The translations under genes were made by a program, and so were the position numbers. The notes under the pieces are model-generated. The model saw only the letters and a list, made by a program, of their open reading frames with translations. It was not told where the DNA came from and did no database searches. Of a stretch of DNA of 64,000 nt, positions 10,020-19,877 are shown piece after piece (within the stretch, counting starts at the first letter, position 1; each line of letters starts with the position of its first letter). The stretch comes from a virus: IMG/VR virus record IMGVR_UViG_3300025093_000009, positions 32,001 to 96,000 of that record; one strand, given 5' to 3'.

Positions 10020-13000
10020 ATGGCTATAAGTTTTTTATCATCTATTCAGGTTACAGGAACAACTAGTGTATCTAGTATATCTAATGATAATAGTACTTAT
10101 ACCGGTATATTAGTATGGGATGGTAGTTTATTAAAATATAGAACTAAATCTCAAATTCTTGGTGATATTGGTGCTGGTACGGGAGACGGTAGTGTAACTT
10201 CTGTTACTGTTACTGGCTCAAGTGGTTTATCTGGCTCAGGTACAGTAACAACTAGCGGTACAATTACTCTTACTAATTCTGATAGAGGATCTTCACAAAA
10301 TATATTTAAGAATGTTGCAGTGTCTGGACAAACAACTGTTGTTGCAGACAATAATAATGATACATTAACATTTGTAGCTCAGGGTGGTATGACTATTACT
10401 ACTAATGCTACTAATGATCAAATTATATTTAACTCATCTGATAATAATGATAATAACTATCTAACATCAGCTTCCTTTAACACGAGCAATGGTGTTTTAA
10501 CTTTGAATAGGTCTGGTTTATCAGCCGTTACTGTTGATCTTGATGGAAGATATGCTACAAGTTCAGGTGTAACATCTATAGCTACTACTAATGGTATTAC
10601 TGGTGGTACAATAACCTCAACAGGAACACTTCAAGTAGATAGTACAGTAGTAAGAACATCAGGTACTCAAACTATAGGAGGAGAAAAAACTTTTACAAAT
10701 CAATTAGCTGTAGATACAGCTGGTGGTAGTGAAAGAATGAGATTATTTAATGAAAATAATACAGCACCTATAGCGGATAGTTTTTCAGGCAATACATCAA
10801 AATCATATATATATTTTGATACAGTATCTGGATCAAATGATCCTGGATACATTATGCATGAAAGTAGTGCAACAGAAACAAATGAAGGTGTATTACATTT
10901 AGTTCCATCAGATGATAATAGTTCAGGTGACTATGTAAGTATACATGGAACAAATGATCCAGATGTTTTAAAGCTACATACAAGTGGTTTAATTGAATCT
11001 GTTAACTTACAATTACAAATTAAATCAGGTAATGGAGCTGTATATGTCAATGATGATTTAATTGTAGAGACTGATTTAACAGTATCAGGTGGAGATATTA
11101 CTTTAGGAGGAACAGGAAGAATACAAGGAGTAGATACAGTATCTGCAAGTACTGATGCTGCTAATAAAGCTTATGTAGATAACAAAAATGTTGGAGTTAC
11201 AAGTGTTGCTACAGGATTAGGACTAACTGGTGGTACAATAACAAGCATTGGAACTATAGAAGTAGATTATAGTGCTAACGGACTTATAGCTGATGCGCCA
11301 GGAGGATCAGGAACTCCTCATGGAGATGATTATATTTTAGTTGGTTTAGATTCTTCAGGTAGTGGTGAAACAGTAAGTTATGCAATTGTTGATTTACCAT
11401 TTACTAATAATAATGGTACTGTATTTTCTGTAGCTACTGGGACTGGTTTAACAGGTGGTACTATTACAGGCTCTGGTACTATATCTTTAGCAACTGCAGG
11501 TGTAGGTGCTGGTACTTATGGTAGTACATCAAACAGTACCAAAATAGATACTATTACAGTAGATGCATATGGTAGAATTACTGCAGTAGCTACCGGAGCT
11601 ACAGGACAAGTAAATAGCGTAACTAGTGGTAATACAAATACAATAACAGTAGGTGGTAGTTCAACAGCACCAACTATATCAGCCAATACAGGTGCTGTAA
11701 GTAGTAGTTCATCAAACTTAGCAACAGGAGCACAAATACAATCAGCTATTGATAGTGCTGTAACAGGAGTGTTAAAATATCAAGGTACATGGAATGCAAA
11801 TACTAATACACCAACGCTTACAAGTGGATCAGGTACACCAGGATATTATTATATTGTTTCTACTAATGGTAGTACAAATTTAGATGGTATTACAGATTGG
11901 AAAGTTGGTGACTGGGCAGTTTTCTCAGATCAAGCAACAGATGCCTGGCAAAAAATAGACAACACTCAAGTTGGTAATGTAACAGGTAGTGGTTCATCTG
12001 GTAGAGTAGCATTTTGGAATAGTTCATCAAACATTACAAGTCATGCTCAAATGACTTACAATAATGTAAGTAATGTATTAACAGTTAATGGGCATACTTC
12101 TGATCAATGGACTAGTGCATATGACAATATGATTACTACAGCTACAGTGACAGGTACTACTACAAAAACTTTAACACTAAATCAACAAGATGGTGGTACA
12201 GTAACAGCATCATGGACAGATAATAATACTAACTATTATTTAAGTTCTGCTTCTTTTAATACAACTAATGGAGTACTTACACTTAATAGAAGTGGATTAT
12301 CTGCAGTAACTGTTGATTTAGATGGTAGATACAATCCTACTATAGGTACAGATACTGATATCAATACATCAGGATATAGTATTATTGATCAGATTAACAT
12401 GACCGATGGGGTCATAACATCTACTGGTGCAAGAAACTTATTAAATGTACATGTAGAGGATACTAGAGCAGCAGAAAAAACACCTAATGATTATCAAGAC
12501 AAAGCATTATCACTTGACTTTACAGATGAATTTGGTACACTAGGATCATGGTGGAGTGGTATTACTATAAAAGGTTGGGCTGATAATTATCAAGCATGGC
12601 AACTTATTAGTGGTTCTGATACAAGTGCTGATAATAAATTATATTTTAGAACAGGTATTGGTACAACCTGGGGTACTATGTATGAAGTATATCATACAGG
12701 AAATTTACCTGCAATACCAACAGTATACAATAATTCAATTACTATAAGTGCAGGAACTAATCTTTCTGGTGGAGGCACTTTTACATTAAATCAAAACTTT
12801 AATGAAACAGTTACCATAAATATGGCAACTGGTGGAGTTGGAGCTGGAACTTATGGTTCTACATCTAACTCAACAAAGATTGATCAAATTACTGTTGATG
12901 CTTACGGTAGAGTTACAGCAGTTACAACAGGAGGCACAGGTGATATAAATGGCGTTACAGCAGGTGCTGGTTTAAGTGGTGGTGGTACATCAGGTACACC

Positions 13001-14216
13001 AACTATAAGTGCTGATTATGCAAGTGGTATTATTAGAGATGCAAACACGGGTGGTGCTATTGATGGAAAAGATGAAATTATATATTATAGTACAGCTAAT
13101 AGCCGAGTTGAATACGCTGCTGTAGCTAATTTACCTTTTACCAATAATGGAAATAACTTTGTAAGTAGTGTTAGTTTTAATACTACTAATGGAATTTTGA
13201 CATTAAACAGATCAGGCTTAACAGCTCTCACTGTAGATTTAGACGGTAGATATTTAACAAGTGCATCTAACTATTATTTAAATGGTATTTCAAAATCAGG
13301 TAATACATTAACATTTAGTGTAAGCGGGGCAACTAACCAAACATATACATTTGGTTCAAATGCATTTAACTCAACAACTATTCCTACCAACAATAATCAG
13401 CTTACAAATGGCGCTGGATATACAACAAACAATGGTACAGTAACTGGTACAGCAACTACAGGTTGGATACCTAAAATGGATAGTTCTAGTGATATAGGTA
13501 CATCAAGTCTAAAACAAAATTCTTCAACAGAAGTATGGGTTGGTAGTAATGGATATTTAAGAATGAATGAGTTTGGTACTATTACAATAGGTAATAACTA
13601 CATGGGCTCAACACCTGCTACAATTTTCCCATACTATACATCCTTGTATATAAATCCAGGAGCAACAAATAGAACTGTATATTTTGGTGCACCCACAAGT
13701 TATGTTACTAATGTTAATGTAATGGGTCAATTAAGTGCTAACGCAATTGATCTTGATGACAATGAGTATTTATATTTTGGTACTAGTAATGATGTTGAGT
13801 TGTTCTGTAATGGTTCACATATGTACATGGACCTTAATTCTGGTATAGGAAACTTCTATATTAGAGATGGTTCTACAACTAGATTTACTTTTAATGATAA
13901 TGGAAACTTTACTGCAACTGGTAATATTACTGCTTATTCAGATGAAAGATTAAAAGAAAATATTGAAACACTTGACGGATCTAAAGTATTAGAGATGAGA
14001 GGTGTATCATATACTAAGGAAGGTAAAGAAAGTTCTGGTGTTATTGCTCAAGAGTTAGAAAAAGTAGCACCTGAATTAGTTGAAACAGCTGATGATGAAA
14101 TGGGTACAAAATCTGTTGCATATGGAAATCTTGTTGGTTATCTAATTGAAGCAGTTAAAGATCAACAAAAACAGATTGATGAACTTAAAGCTAAATTAGA
14201 AAGTTATGGCTCTTAA
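10020..14216 (+). CDS. Long tail fibre with C-terminal peptidase S74 intramolecular chaperone
   Basis: YSDERLKENI...GVIAQELEKVAPELV...VAYGNLVGYLIEAVK coiled-coil end; repetitive G/T/S shaft. Confidence 0.85.
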   Translation: MAISFLSSIQVTGTTSVSSISNDNSTYTGILVWDGSLLKYRTKSQILGDIGAGTGDGSVTSVTVTGSSGLSGSGTVTTSGTITLTNSDRGSSQNIFKNVAVSGQTTVVADNNNDTLTFVAQGGMTITTNATNDQIIFNSSDNNDNNYLTSASFNTSNGVLTLNRSGLSAVTVDLDGRYATSSGVTSIATTNGITGGTITSTGTLQVDSTVVRTSGTQTIGGEKTFTNQLAVDTAGGSERMRLFNENNTAPIADSFSGNTSKSYIYFDTVSGSNDPGYIMHESSATETNEGVLHLVPSDDNSSGDYVSIHGTNDPDVLKLHTSGLIESVNLQLQIKSGNGAVYVNDDLIVETDLTVSGGDITLGGTGRIQGVDTVSASTDAANKAYVDNKNVGVTSVATGLGLTGGTITSIGTIEVDYSANGLIADAPGGSGTPHGDDYILVGLDSSGSGETVSYAIVDLPFTNNNGTVFSVATGTGLTGGTITGSGTISLATAGVGAGTYGSTSNSTKIDTITVDAYGRITAVATGATGQVNSVTSGNTNTITVGGSSTAPTISANTGAVSSSSSNLATGAQIQSAIDSAVTGVLKYQGTWNANTNTPTLTSGSGTPGYYYIVSTNGSTNLDGITDWKVGDWAVFSDQATDAWQKIDNTQVGNVTGSGSSGRVAFWNSSSNITSHAQMTYNNVSNVLTVNGHTSDQWTSAYDNMITTATVTGTTTKTLTLNQQDGGTVTASWTDNNTNYYLSSASFNTTNGVLTLNRSGLSAVTVDLDGRYNPTIGTDTDINTSGYSIIDQINMTDGVITSTGARNLLNVHVEDTRAAEKTPNDYQDKALSLDFTDEFGTLGSWWSGITIKGWADNYQAWQLISGSDTSADNKLYFRTGIGTTWGTMYEVYHTGNLPAIPTVYNNSITISAGTNLSGGGTFTLNQNFNETVTINMATGGVGAGTYGSTSNSTKIDQITVDAYGRVTAVTTGGTGDINGVTAGAGLSGGGTSGTPTISADYASGIIRDANTGGAIDGKDEIIYYSTANSRVEYAAVANLPFTNNGNNFVSSVSFNTTNGILTLNRSGLTALTVDLDGRYLTSASNYYLNGISKSGNTLTFSVSGATNQTYTFGSNAFNSTTIPTNNNQLTNGAGYTTNNGTVTGTATTGWIPKMDSSSDIGTSSLKQNSSTEVWVGSNGYLRMNEFGTITIGNNYMGSTPATIFPYYTSLYINPGATNRTVYFGAPTSYVTNVNVMGQLSANAIDLDDNEYLYFGTSNDVELFCNGSHMYMDLNSGIGNFYIRDGSTTRFTFNDNGNFTATGNITAYSDERLKENIETLDGSKVLEMRGVSYTKEGKESSGVIAQELEKVAPELVETADDEMGTKSVAYGNLVGYLIEAVKDQQKQIDELKAKLESYGS
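10455..13253 (+). repeat. Dispersed internal repeats of the fibre shaft
   Basis: SFNTxNGxLTLNRSGLxAxTVDLDGRY at about 10455-10553, 12231-12332 and 13155-13253; GVGAGTYGSTSNSTKIDxITVDAYGR at about 11490-11600 and 12825-12935. Confidence 0.9.
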
Positions 14217-14775
14217 TAGTTCAGGTCAATTATCTATTGGTGGTTCTACTACTGGTGAGTCAATCAATTTAGAATTAGGTAAAAGTGCTAGTGCAACAAG
14301 TGGTCTTGGAGATACTGATTTAAGATCTTTGGCAGGAGTTAGCAGTGGTCCAATAGTATTACCTGATGATTTTTGGGGTAAATCTGATACTCCGTGTGAT
14401 AGCCATGAGCTTTGTTATGTACAAGTTAGTAAGTCTCCAGCAGAAGAAGTATGTAATTGTACAGGTAAATCTGATATTATATATGTATATGGACCACCAA
14501 TAGAAGTTTGTGAAGATTTATTAGATATGTATCAATCACCAGGATGTAGTATGCCAATGATCTATTTAGATGGTTGGTATGGTTTTTATATAAATAGTGG
14601 TCCAAATCCTCAACGTTGGTGGGCACGTATATTTCAAGGTCAAGTAATTGATTGTAATCCATGTCTATTTTTTCCAGGTGATGATGCTGACCCTGGAGAT
14701 GGTGATCCAACAGGAGATCCAGGTGATGGACCGGATCCAGATGATGGATTTGGTGATGATCCGTTTAAAAGATAA
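14206..14775 (+). CDS. Putative fibre-tip/adhesin protein with Cys-rich domain and acidic GDP-repeat tail
   Basis: N-terminus MALNSSGQLSIGG...INLELG...DFWGK resembles the module often found after S74 fibres; start overlaps fibre stop. Confidence 0.55.
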   Translation: MALNSSGQLSIGGSTTGESINLELGKSASATSGLGDTDLRSLAGVSSGPIVLPDDFWGKSDTPCDSHELCYVQVSKSPAEEVCNCTGKSDIIYVYGPPIEVCEDLLDMYQSPGCSMPMIYLDGWYGFYINSGPNPQRWWARIFQGQVIDCNPCLFFPGDDADPGDGDPTGDPGDGPDPDDGFGDDPFKR

Positions 14776-14796
14776 GAAACCAATAAATTTGTAATT

Positions 14797-15258
14797 ATGA
14801 AAAAGAAAAAAGTAACAAGTAAAAAGTCTACAGTTAAAAAGCCTGCAGTTAAGAAAACTGTTGCTAAAAAAACTGTTGCTAAAAAAACAACAAAAAGAAG
14901 TAGAACAAAAGCTAAAGAAGTTGTTAAAGAAGTTAAAAAGGTAATAGCACCTAAATATAGAATAGAATACATGTATGGTATATCTTCTTTAGTAACTACA
15001 AAGCAGGGTTTAATTAAAGAAATACATTTTGATTATACAGGCACCTTAGAAGGTGTTAGTCATACTGTGTCAGGATCTTTAGCTGTTACAGATATTGAAC
15101 ATCCTGCTATTTCTAAAAGATATGATAAAGTAAAGAAAGAAGATGTAATTGACTACTTACTAAAGTATGTTAGAATAGGTTATAAAGAAGCTATGCAAGA
15201 GATAATTGAAAAGGAACTTTTACCTGAAACTAAAATTATAACAGAGTTACCTTGGTAA
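14797..15258 (+). CDS. Hypothetical protein, possible fibre assembly factor with Lys-rich N-terminus
   Basis: KKTVA repeats (15-bp DNA repeat at 14851-14888); C-terminal ...ELPW. Confidence 0.5.
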   Translation: MKKKKVTSKKSTVKKPAVKKTVAKKTVAKKTTKRSRTKAKEVVKEVKKVIAPKYRIEYMYGISSLVTTKQGLIKEIHFDYTGTLEGVSHTVSGSLAVTDIEHPAISKRYDKVKKEDVIDYLLKYVRIGYKEAMQEIIEKELLPETKIITELPW

Positions 15259-15273
15259 TATCAAAATTATTAG

Positions 15274-15281
15274 TATCTTTG
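15274..15281 (+). promoter_or_regulatory. Bacteroidota sigma70 -7 element (TAnnTTTG)
   Basis: TATCTTTG about 30 nt before ATG 15313. Confidence 0.45.
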
Positions 15282-15312
15282 AATTGTATACAAATTTTTA
15301 AAACCAATTATA

Positions 15313-15570
15313 ATGGCAAAAGCAAAAAAGATTTCTAAAAAGGAATTGGGTGAAGTAAAAGAACTTCAGCAACAAATCAATACATTACTGATGAATATTG
15401 GTAATGCGGAATTAGTTAAGAATCAATTAGTTGAAAAGCACAAAGAGCTTCAAGCAGAATGGAAAGCTTTAAGTAGTGGGCTAGAAGATAAATATGGTTC
15501 TGTAAATATTAGTCTAGAGGACGGAACTATTTCTGAAATTGAAGAAGAAGCTAAACTAGAAAAAGCTTAA
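15313..15570 (+). CDS. Small coiled-coil phage protein
   Basis: 85 aa coiled coil ending LEDKYGSVNISLEDGTI. Confidence 0.65.
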   Translation: MAKAKKISKKELGEVKELQQQINTLLMNIGNAELVKNQLVEKHKELQAEWKALSSGLEDKYGSVNISLEDGTISEIEEEAKLEKA

Positions 15571-15596
15571 TACTCCTCACATAATAAATGTTTATG

Positions 15597-15642
15597 AAAA
15601 TTTTTAAAACCAGACATTAGCTTGTTTGGTTTTAAAAATTTT
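15597..15642. repeat. 20-bp inverted repeat (hairpin/terminator-like)
   Basis: AAAATTTTTAAAACCAGACA-TTAGCT-TGTTTGGTTTTAAAAATTTT; one G.U pair. Confidence 0.8.
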
Positions 15643-15643
15643 T

Positions 15644-15651
15644 GTATATTA
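15644..15651 (+). promoter_or_regulatory. GTATATTA putative phage promoter motif
   Basis: TTTTTGTATATTATAA directly after the inverted repeat. Confidence 0.5.
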
Positions 15652-15701
15652 TAATTGTATAGTTTATATGACAACAGTACATTATAACAAAATAAACATT
15701 T

Positions 15702-17909
15702 ATGATCCCAACAAATTCAAGTGGCACCACAAATGGATGTGACAACATATCTTCTAATTGTGTAATATGGCAGGGTCCTGATATTGCATGTATAGACCTA
15801 TGTGCCGGAGATACAATTAGTGAAGTTACTGCTAAGATAGCACAGAAAGTTTGTGACATTATCACAGATGGAGTTGCAGCTAATCCGGATTTGACTGGAT
15901 TAGATCTAACATGTTTAAATATTAAAGGGGTTACCCCAACAGAATTGGTTCCTGTTTTACAGGCTATGGTAAATCAAATCTGTGCAAATACTGGCGGTAC
16001 TAGAGGTAATGAAGGTGGTAGTTTACCAAATATGACATTACCTGCTTGTATGCAGTATAATGATCCTAGCGGAAACCCAGTAACAGAATTACCACTAGAT
16101 CAGTTTGCTACATTAATTGCAAATCAAGTATGTACGAATTTAGCAAGTATTAATACTATAAATTCTACTTTAACAAGTCTTACTACAAGAGTAGATGTTT
16201 TAGAAGCATGTGTATTACCTTGTTCAGGAGCAGTTGTAGAAGCACAAATTGTTCCAACTTGTGTAAGTAATGTAGGTGTATTAACAGATGTATCTGTAGT
16301 TGTATTAGCACTTGAAAGTGCTTTTTGTGCTTTACAGAATGCAGTTGGATTACCTTCTACAATAGGTAGTGCAATATCTCAAACATTTATATCTGGTTCA
16401 ACAACACAATTATCAGACTCAAGCGCATCATATAGTGGAGTAACAGGATGGAATAACAATCCTTCAACATTAGCACAATCAGTTCAGAATGCGTGGGTTG
16501 TTATTGATGATATGTATAACGCAATATTAGACATACAAACTAACTGTTGTCCAGGAGGATGTGATGGTGTAACATTTGGTTACTCAACAACCAATACTCT
16601 TAATACATCTACGGGTGTAATTACAGATATTGTATTCAACTTTACTCCATCTATAATCCCAAGTACATTTAATGATTCTGCAGGTTATAGTCAAGTAACT
16701 ATTACTGATGCTGACGGAGCAGCAGTTAACACTGTTGTTAGTGTATCAAGTTTACAAAACACTCCTTCCGGTATATCTGTCAATGTATCTTCATTGAATG
16801 TATATAATGATTTAAATGTTAATGTTGACTTTAGAGTAACAGACGGATCAGATACATGTGAAGGAAATCAATCAAGTGTTGTAGCAGGAATTATACCATG
16901 TCCTTCTCCAACATTATCAGCAATAACTCAAGACGGTTTGACAGTTTCATTCTCAAATACATTAGGTACAGCAGCAACTTATATTTTAGATATTCTTGAT
17001 GGATCAAATACAGTGGTAGCTACTACTACAATTAATAATGCTCCTTCACTTATATCACATACATTCACAGGATTAACTGCTAATACAGCATATAGTTTAA
17101 GAGTAACAGTTAAGAGATCTGGTGGAACAAAAGTTTGTCCAGAAATAGGATTTACAACTGAAGAAGGAGCTGCACCATGTTCAAATGGTATGGATGTAGT
17201 ATTTATTGTAGATTATACTTCTTCAATGACAAATACAGTTGATGATATTAAAACAGGAGCTTCAAGTTTAGTTAGCACAATTGATAGTGCAAGTGGAGCT
17301 AATAACTATAGAATTGGATTAGTAACTGCAGATGAAGGAGCTGTTAATCAACCAGCATATAATGCTTGTGCTGATTATACAAGTCTTCCAAGCACTCAAA
17401 GAGTTATTAACTTTGGTGGTGGAACTTATCAGTTCTACACTGCATGGGAAATGATGGCAACAAATAATGGAACAGGATTTACTACACAAGTTCAAAAACT
17501 AAATAAAGGAGTTGATGGCACATGTGTTAATATGGGTCAAGGAGCAGGTGGTCCTGAGCCAATGGATATTGCAATAGAAAATGTAGTTGGTTCATCAGAG
17601 TTTGCCGGTGCATTCAGAAGTAATGTTGCTAAATATATATTAGCATTTACTGATAATTTACCAGGAGGTGATCAAGATCAAATGAATATGACTGTTTGGT
17701 CAAGAATTCAATCTCTTATTACTACTTGTAATAATAATGGTATTAAAGTATTTGTATTAGGTACTGGTACAGCTTTAGACTGGGATAATGGAGGAACTAT
17801 TACACCAATATATCCATGGAGAGAATTAGCAATTCAGACTGGTGGTAATTATACAACTAGCTCAGATGCAACAACAATCTCTAGTGAAATTATAGCAGGT
17901 TGTTCATAA
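15702..17909 (+). CDS. Cys-rich virion fibre/adhesin with coiled coil, FN3 and C-terminal VWA domain
   Basis: FTGLTANTAYSLRVTV (FN3); DVVFIVDYTSSM (MIDAS-type DxTxS), YRIGLV, FTD, IKVFVLG, LAIQTGG (VWA). Confidence 0.75.
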   Translation: MIPTNSSGTTNGCDNISSNCVIWQGPDIACIDLCAGDTISEVTAKIAQKVCDIITDGVAANPDLTGLDLTCLNIKGVTPTELVPVLQAMVNQICANTGGTRGNEGGSLPNMTLPACMQYNDPSGNPVTELPLDQFATLIANQVCTNLASINTINSTLTSLTTRVDVLEACVLPCSGAVVEAQIVPTCVSNVGVLTDVSVVVLALESAFCALQNAVGLPSTIGSAISQTFISGSTTQLSDSSASYSGVTGWNNNPSTLAQSVQNAWVVIDDMYNAILDIQTNCCPGGCDGVTFGYSTTNTLNTSTGVITDIVFNFTPSIIPSTFNDSAGYSQVTITDADGAAVNTVVSVSSLQNTPSGISVNVSSLNVYNDLNVNVDFRVTDGSDTCEGNQSSVVAGIIPCPSPTLSAITQDGLTVSFSNTLGTAATYILDILDGSNTVVATTTINNAPSLISHTFTGLTANTAYSLRVTVKRSGGTKVCPEIGFTTEEGAAPCSNGMDVVFIVDYTSSMTNTVDDIKTGASSLVSTIDSASGANNYRIGLVTADEGAVNQPAYNACADYTSLPSTQRVINFGGGTYQFYTAWEMMATNNGTGFTTQVQKLNKGVDGTCVNMGQGAGGPEPMDIAIENVVGSSEFAGAFRSNVAKYILAFTDNLPGGDQDQMNMTVWSRIQSLITTCNNNGIKVFVLGTGTALDWDNGGTITPIYPWRELAIQTGGNYTTSSDATTISSEIIAGCS

Positions 17910-17926
17910 AATAAAAAAAAAATAAA

Positions 17927-18487
17927 ATGGCATGTAATTGTACAAAATGTAGTGAAAAATGTGGATGCGCTGATACAGCTCTAACTAACCCATGTACTTA
18001 TACTGATTGTAGTGTGGGTAGTGAAAGATGTGAAGACGTTCAGTGTGCAGCATGTGTAAGTTATTGTGGAACATCATTTCAAATTGGTGACACAGGTGCT
18101 CAAATAGTTATAACTTCTGGTGAAAGATTAGATTCTATTATTCAAAAGTTTGCTATGATACTATCAAATGGTTTAGGTGCATGTACATCAAATGACTTAC
18201 AACATGATCCATATAATGTTTATGCAGGTACAGTTACTAGTTCTACTGCAGAAGTCTTATGGAATGGTATATGGAGTAATAGTACAGGTTTAAATATATA
18301 TTATGATACACAAGTTAGTCCATCAGGTTGGACACTTGCTAACTCAACTCCTATAGTAACTACTGTAAGTAACTATAAGATTGAGAACTTAGTAGCCAGC
18401 ACAGCTTATAAAGTTAAAGTTGTTGACGCTGGAAACTCTGCTGCTTGCAAACCAATAGAAATATTATTTTCTACTCTAGCAGCATAA
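17927..18487 (+). CDS. Cys-rich protein with FN3 domain
   Basis: Many N-terminal Cys; YKIENLVASTAYKVKVV FN3 signature; N-terminal module resembles that of 15702..17909. Confidence 0.65.
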   Translation: MACNCTKCSEKCGCADTALTNPCTYTDCSVGSERCEDVQCAACVSYCGTSFQIGDTGAQIVITSGERLDSIIQKFAMILSNGLGACTSNDLQHDPYNVYAGTVTSSTAEVLWNGIWSNSTGLNIYYDTQVSPSGWTLANSTPIVTTVSNYKIENLVASTAYKVKVVDAGNSAACKPIEILFSTLAA

Positions 18488-18536
18488 CAAAATACAACTG
18501 TGGTGGTTTGTTGGTTTTCTACTACAAACGTTGGAA

Positions 18537-18569
18537 GGGGCCGGGTTTTATCCCGGTCTCTTTTTTTTT
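18537..18569 (+). terminator. Intrinsic terminator
   Basis: GGGGCCGGG-TTTTAT-CCCGGTCTC plus T9. Confidence 0.85.
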
Positions 18570-18600
18570 GCTATCTTTACAATAAATATATATACTAATT

Positions 18601-19818
18601 ATGGATAATTTAAAACAACAAGTATTGCATTCTTTGAAGTGGAAAAAGACTGCTGAATATGCAGCAGAAAAGATTGGTATCACTGTACAAGAATACAAAA
18701 AAATCAAAAAACAAATTCTTTCAGAGAGAAAAAAACAAAAGAAAATTACATCATTTTTTAACAAGGCTGCTGACAAAGCACAACTTGTAGAGTCAATAGA
18801 CTTAGATAAAGGAGAAGGAAAGATCTCAGGTACGTTTGATTATGAACCAAAAAGTGCAGAAGAGATAATTCAATTACTTAAAATTGATACTAACAAATGG
18901 AGATTATCTCAATATTGGAACAAACAAATGGGAAATCATTGGAGAGTCTCAGCATTAGTAACACAAATAAAAAACCCAGAAGAAAATTTATTTAAAAATT
19001 TACTAGAGAACTGGAAACCTAAGAAACATAAAATACCAAGACTTGAGCGTGTTAAATCAGATAATCCTGTTTGTGCTGTTATGTCATTACAAGATATACA
19101 TTTTGGTAAAGAAGGTAATGACACTATAGACAAAGACTTTGAAGATACTATAAAAAACCTAATGGGTAGAGCAGCTCCAGTAAATAATATTGAGAGAATG
19201 TATTTTGTTGTAGGAGGAGATCTAATCAACATGGATACGTTTGAGGGTACAACTACAAGCGGAACTGCTTTAGATAACTGTATGACAGCTACAGACGCTT
19301 ATATACAAGCTTTTGATGCTATGCATTGGGCTATAAACTATTTAAAGGCTTTTTGTAATGAGCTAGTTGTTGTTTATGTACCAGGTAATCATGATAGATT
19401 ATCATCTTTTCATTTAGTACATGCTTTATCTATGTCTATAGATAGTGAAGATATTACTTGGGATATTACTTATGAAGAAAGAAAAGTGCACGTTTGGTAT
19501 AATAACTTCAATGCTTTTGAGCATGGAGATAAACGTAGCAAAAATAATCCTTTAATATATGCCTCAGAATATCCAAAAGAGTGGGGTGCAACAACTAATA
19601 GAACATTATTTAAAGGTCATATACATACAGATAGAAAAGTAGAATACATGACATCTAATGAGACAGCAGGTTTTATTGAGAAAACATTACCTAGTCTAGG
19701 TAAAACAGATTATTACCATTACAGTAATAAATATGTATGTAATAGAAGATCTGGTAAACTAGAGATTCAACATCCAACAATGGGTAATATATGTGAATTA
19801 ACCTATCAAGCATTGTAA
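18601..19818 (+). CDS. Calcineurin-like metallophosphoesterase with N-terminal HTH-like segment
   Basis: All five motifs: DIHFG, GGDLINMD, GNHD, HGD, GHIH. Confidence 0.85.
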   Translation: MDNLKQQVLHSLKWKKTAEYAAEKIGITVQEYKKIKKQILSERKKQKKITSFFNKAADKAQLVESIDLDKGEGKISGTFDYEPKSAEEIIQLLKIDTNKWRLSQYWNKQMGNHWRVSALVTQIKNPEENLFKNLLENWKPKKHKIPRLERVKSDNPVCAVMSLQDIHFGKEGNDTIDKDFEDTIKNLMGRAAPVNNIERMYFVVGGDLINMDTFEGTTTSGTALDNCMTATDAYIQAFDAMHWAINYLKAFCNELVVVYVPGNHDRLSSFHLVHALSMSIDSEDITWDITYEERKVHVWYNNFNAFEHGDKRSKNNPLIYASEYPKEWGATTNRTLFKGHIHTDRKVEYMTSNETAGFIEKTLPSLGKTDYYHYSNKYVCNRRSGKLEIQHPTMGNICELTYQAL

Positions 19819-19820
19819 AG

Positions 19821-19856
19821 ACCTTACTTTTAATTTCATAAAGTGGGGTTTTTTTT
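19821..19856 (+). terminator. Probable intrinsic terminator
   Basis: ACCTTACTTT...AAAGTGGGGT followed by T tract. Confidence 0.6.
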
Positions 19857-19877
19857 GTAAATTATAAATATAACTGT

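Noticed and set aside
14674-14766. Collagen-like repeat
   Set aside because: Gly spacing is irregular (not strict G-X-Y) and the tract is short
10020-14775. Diversity-generating retroelement target in the fibres
   Set aside because: No reverse transcriptase, and repeats differ at synonymous positions rather than by adenine-specific changes
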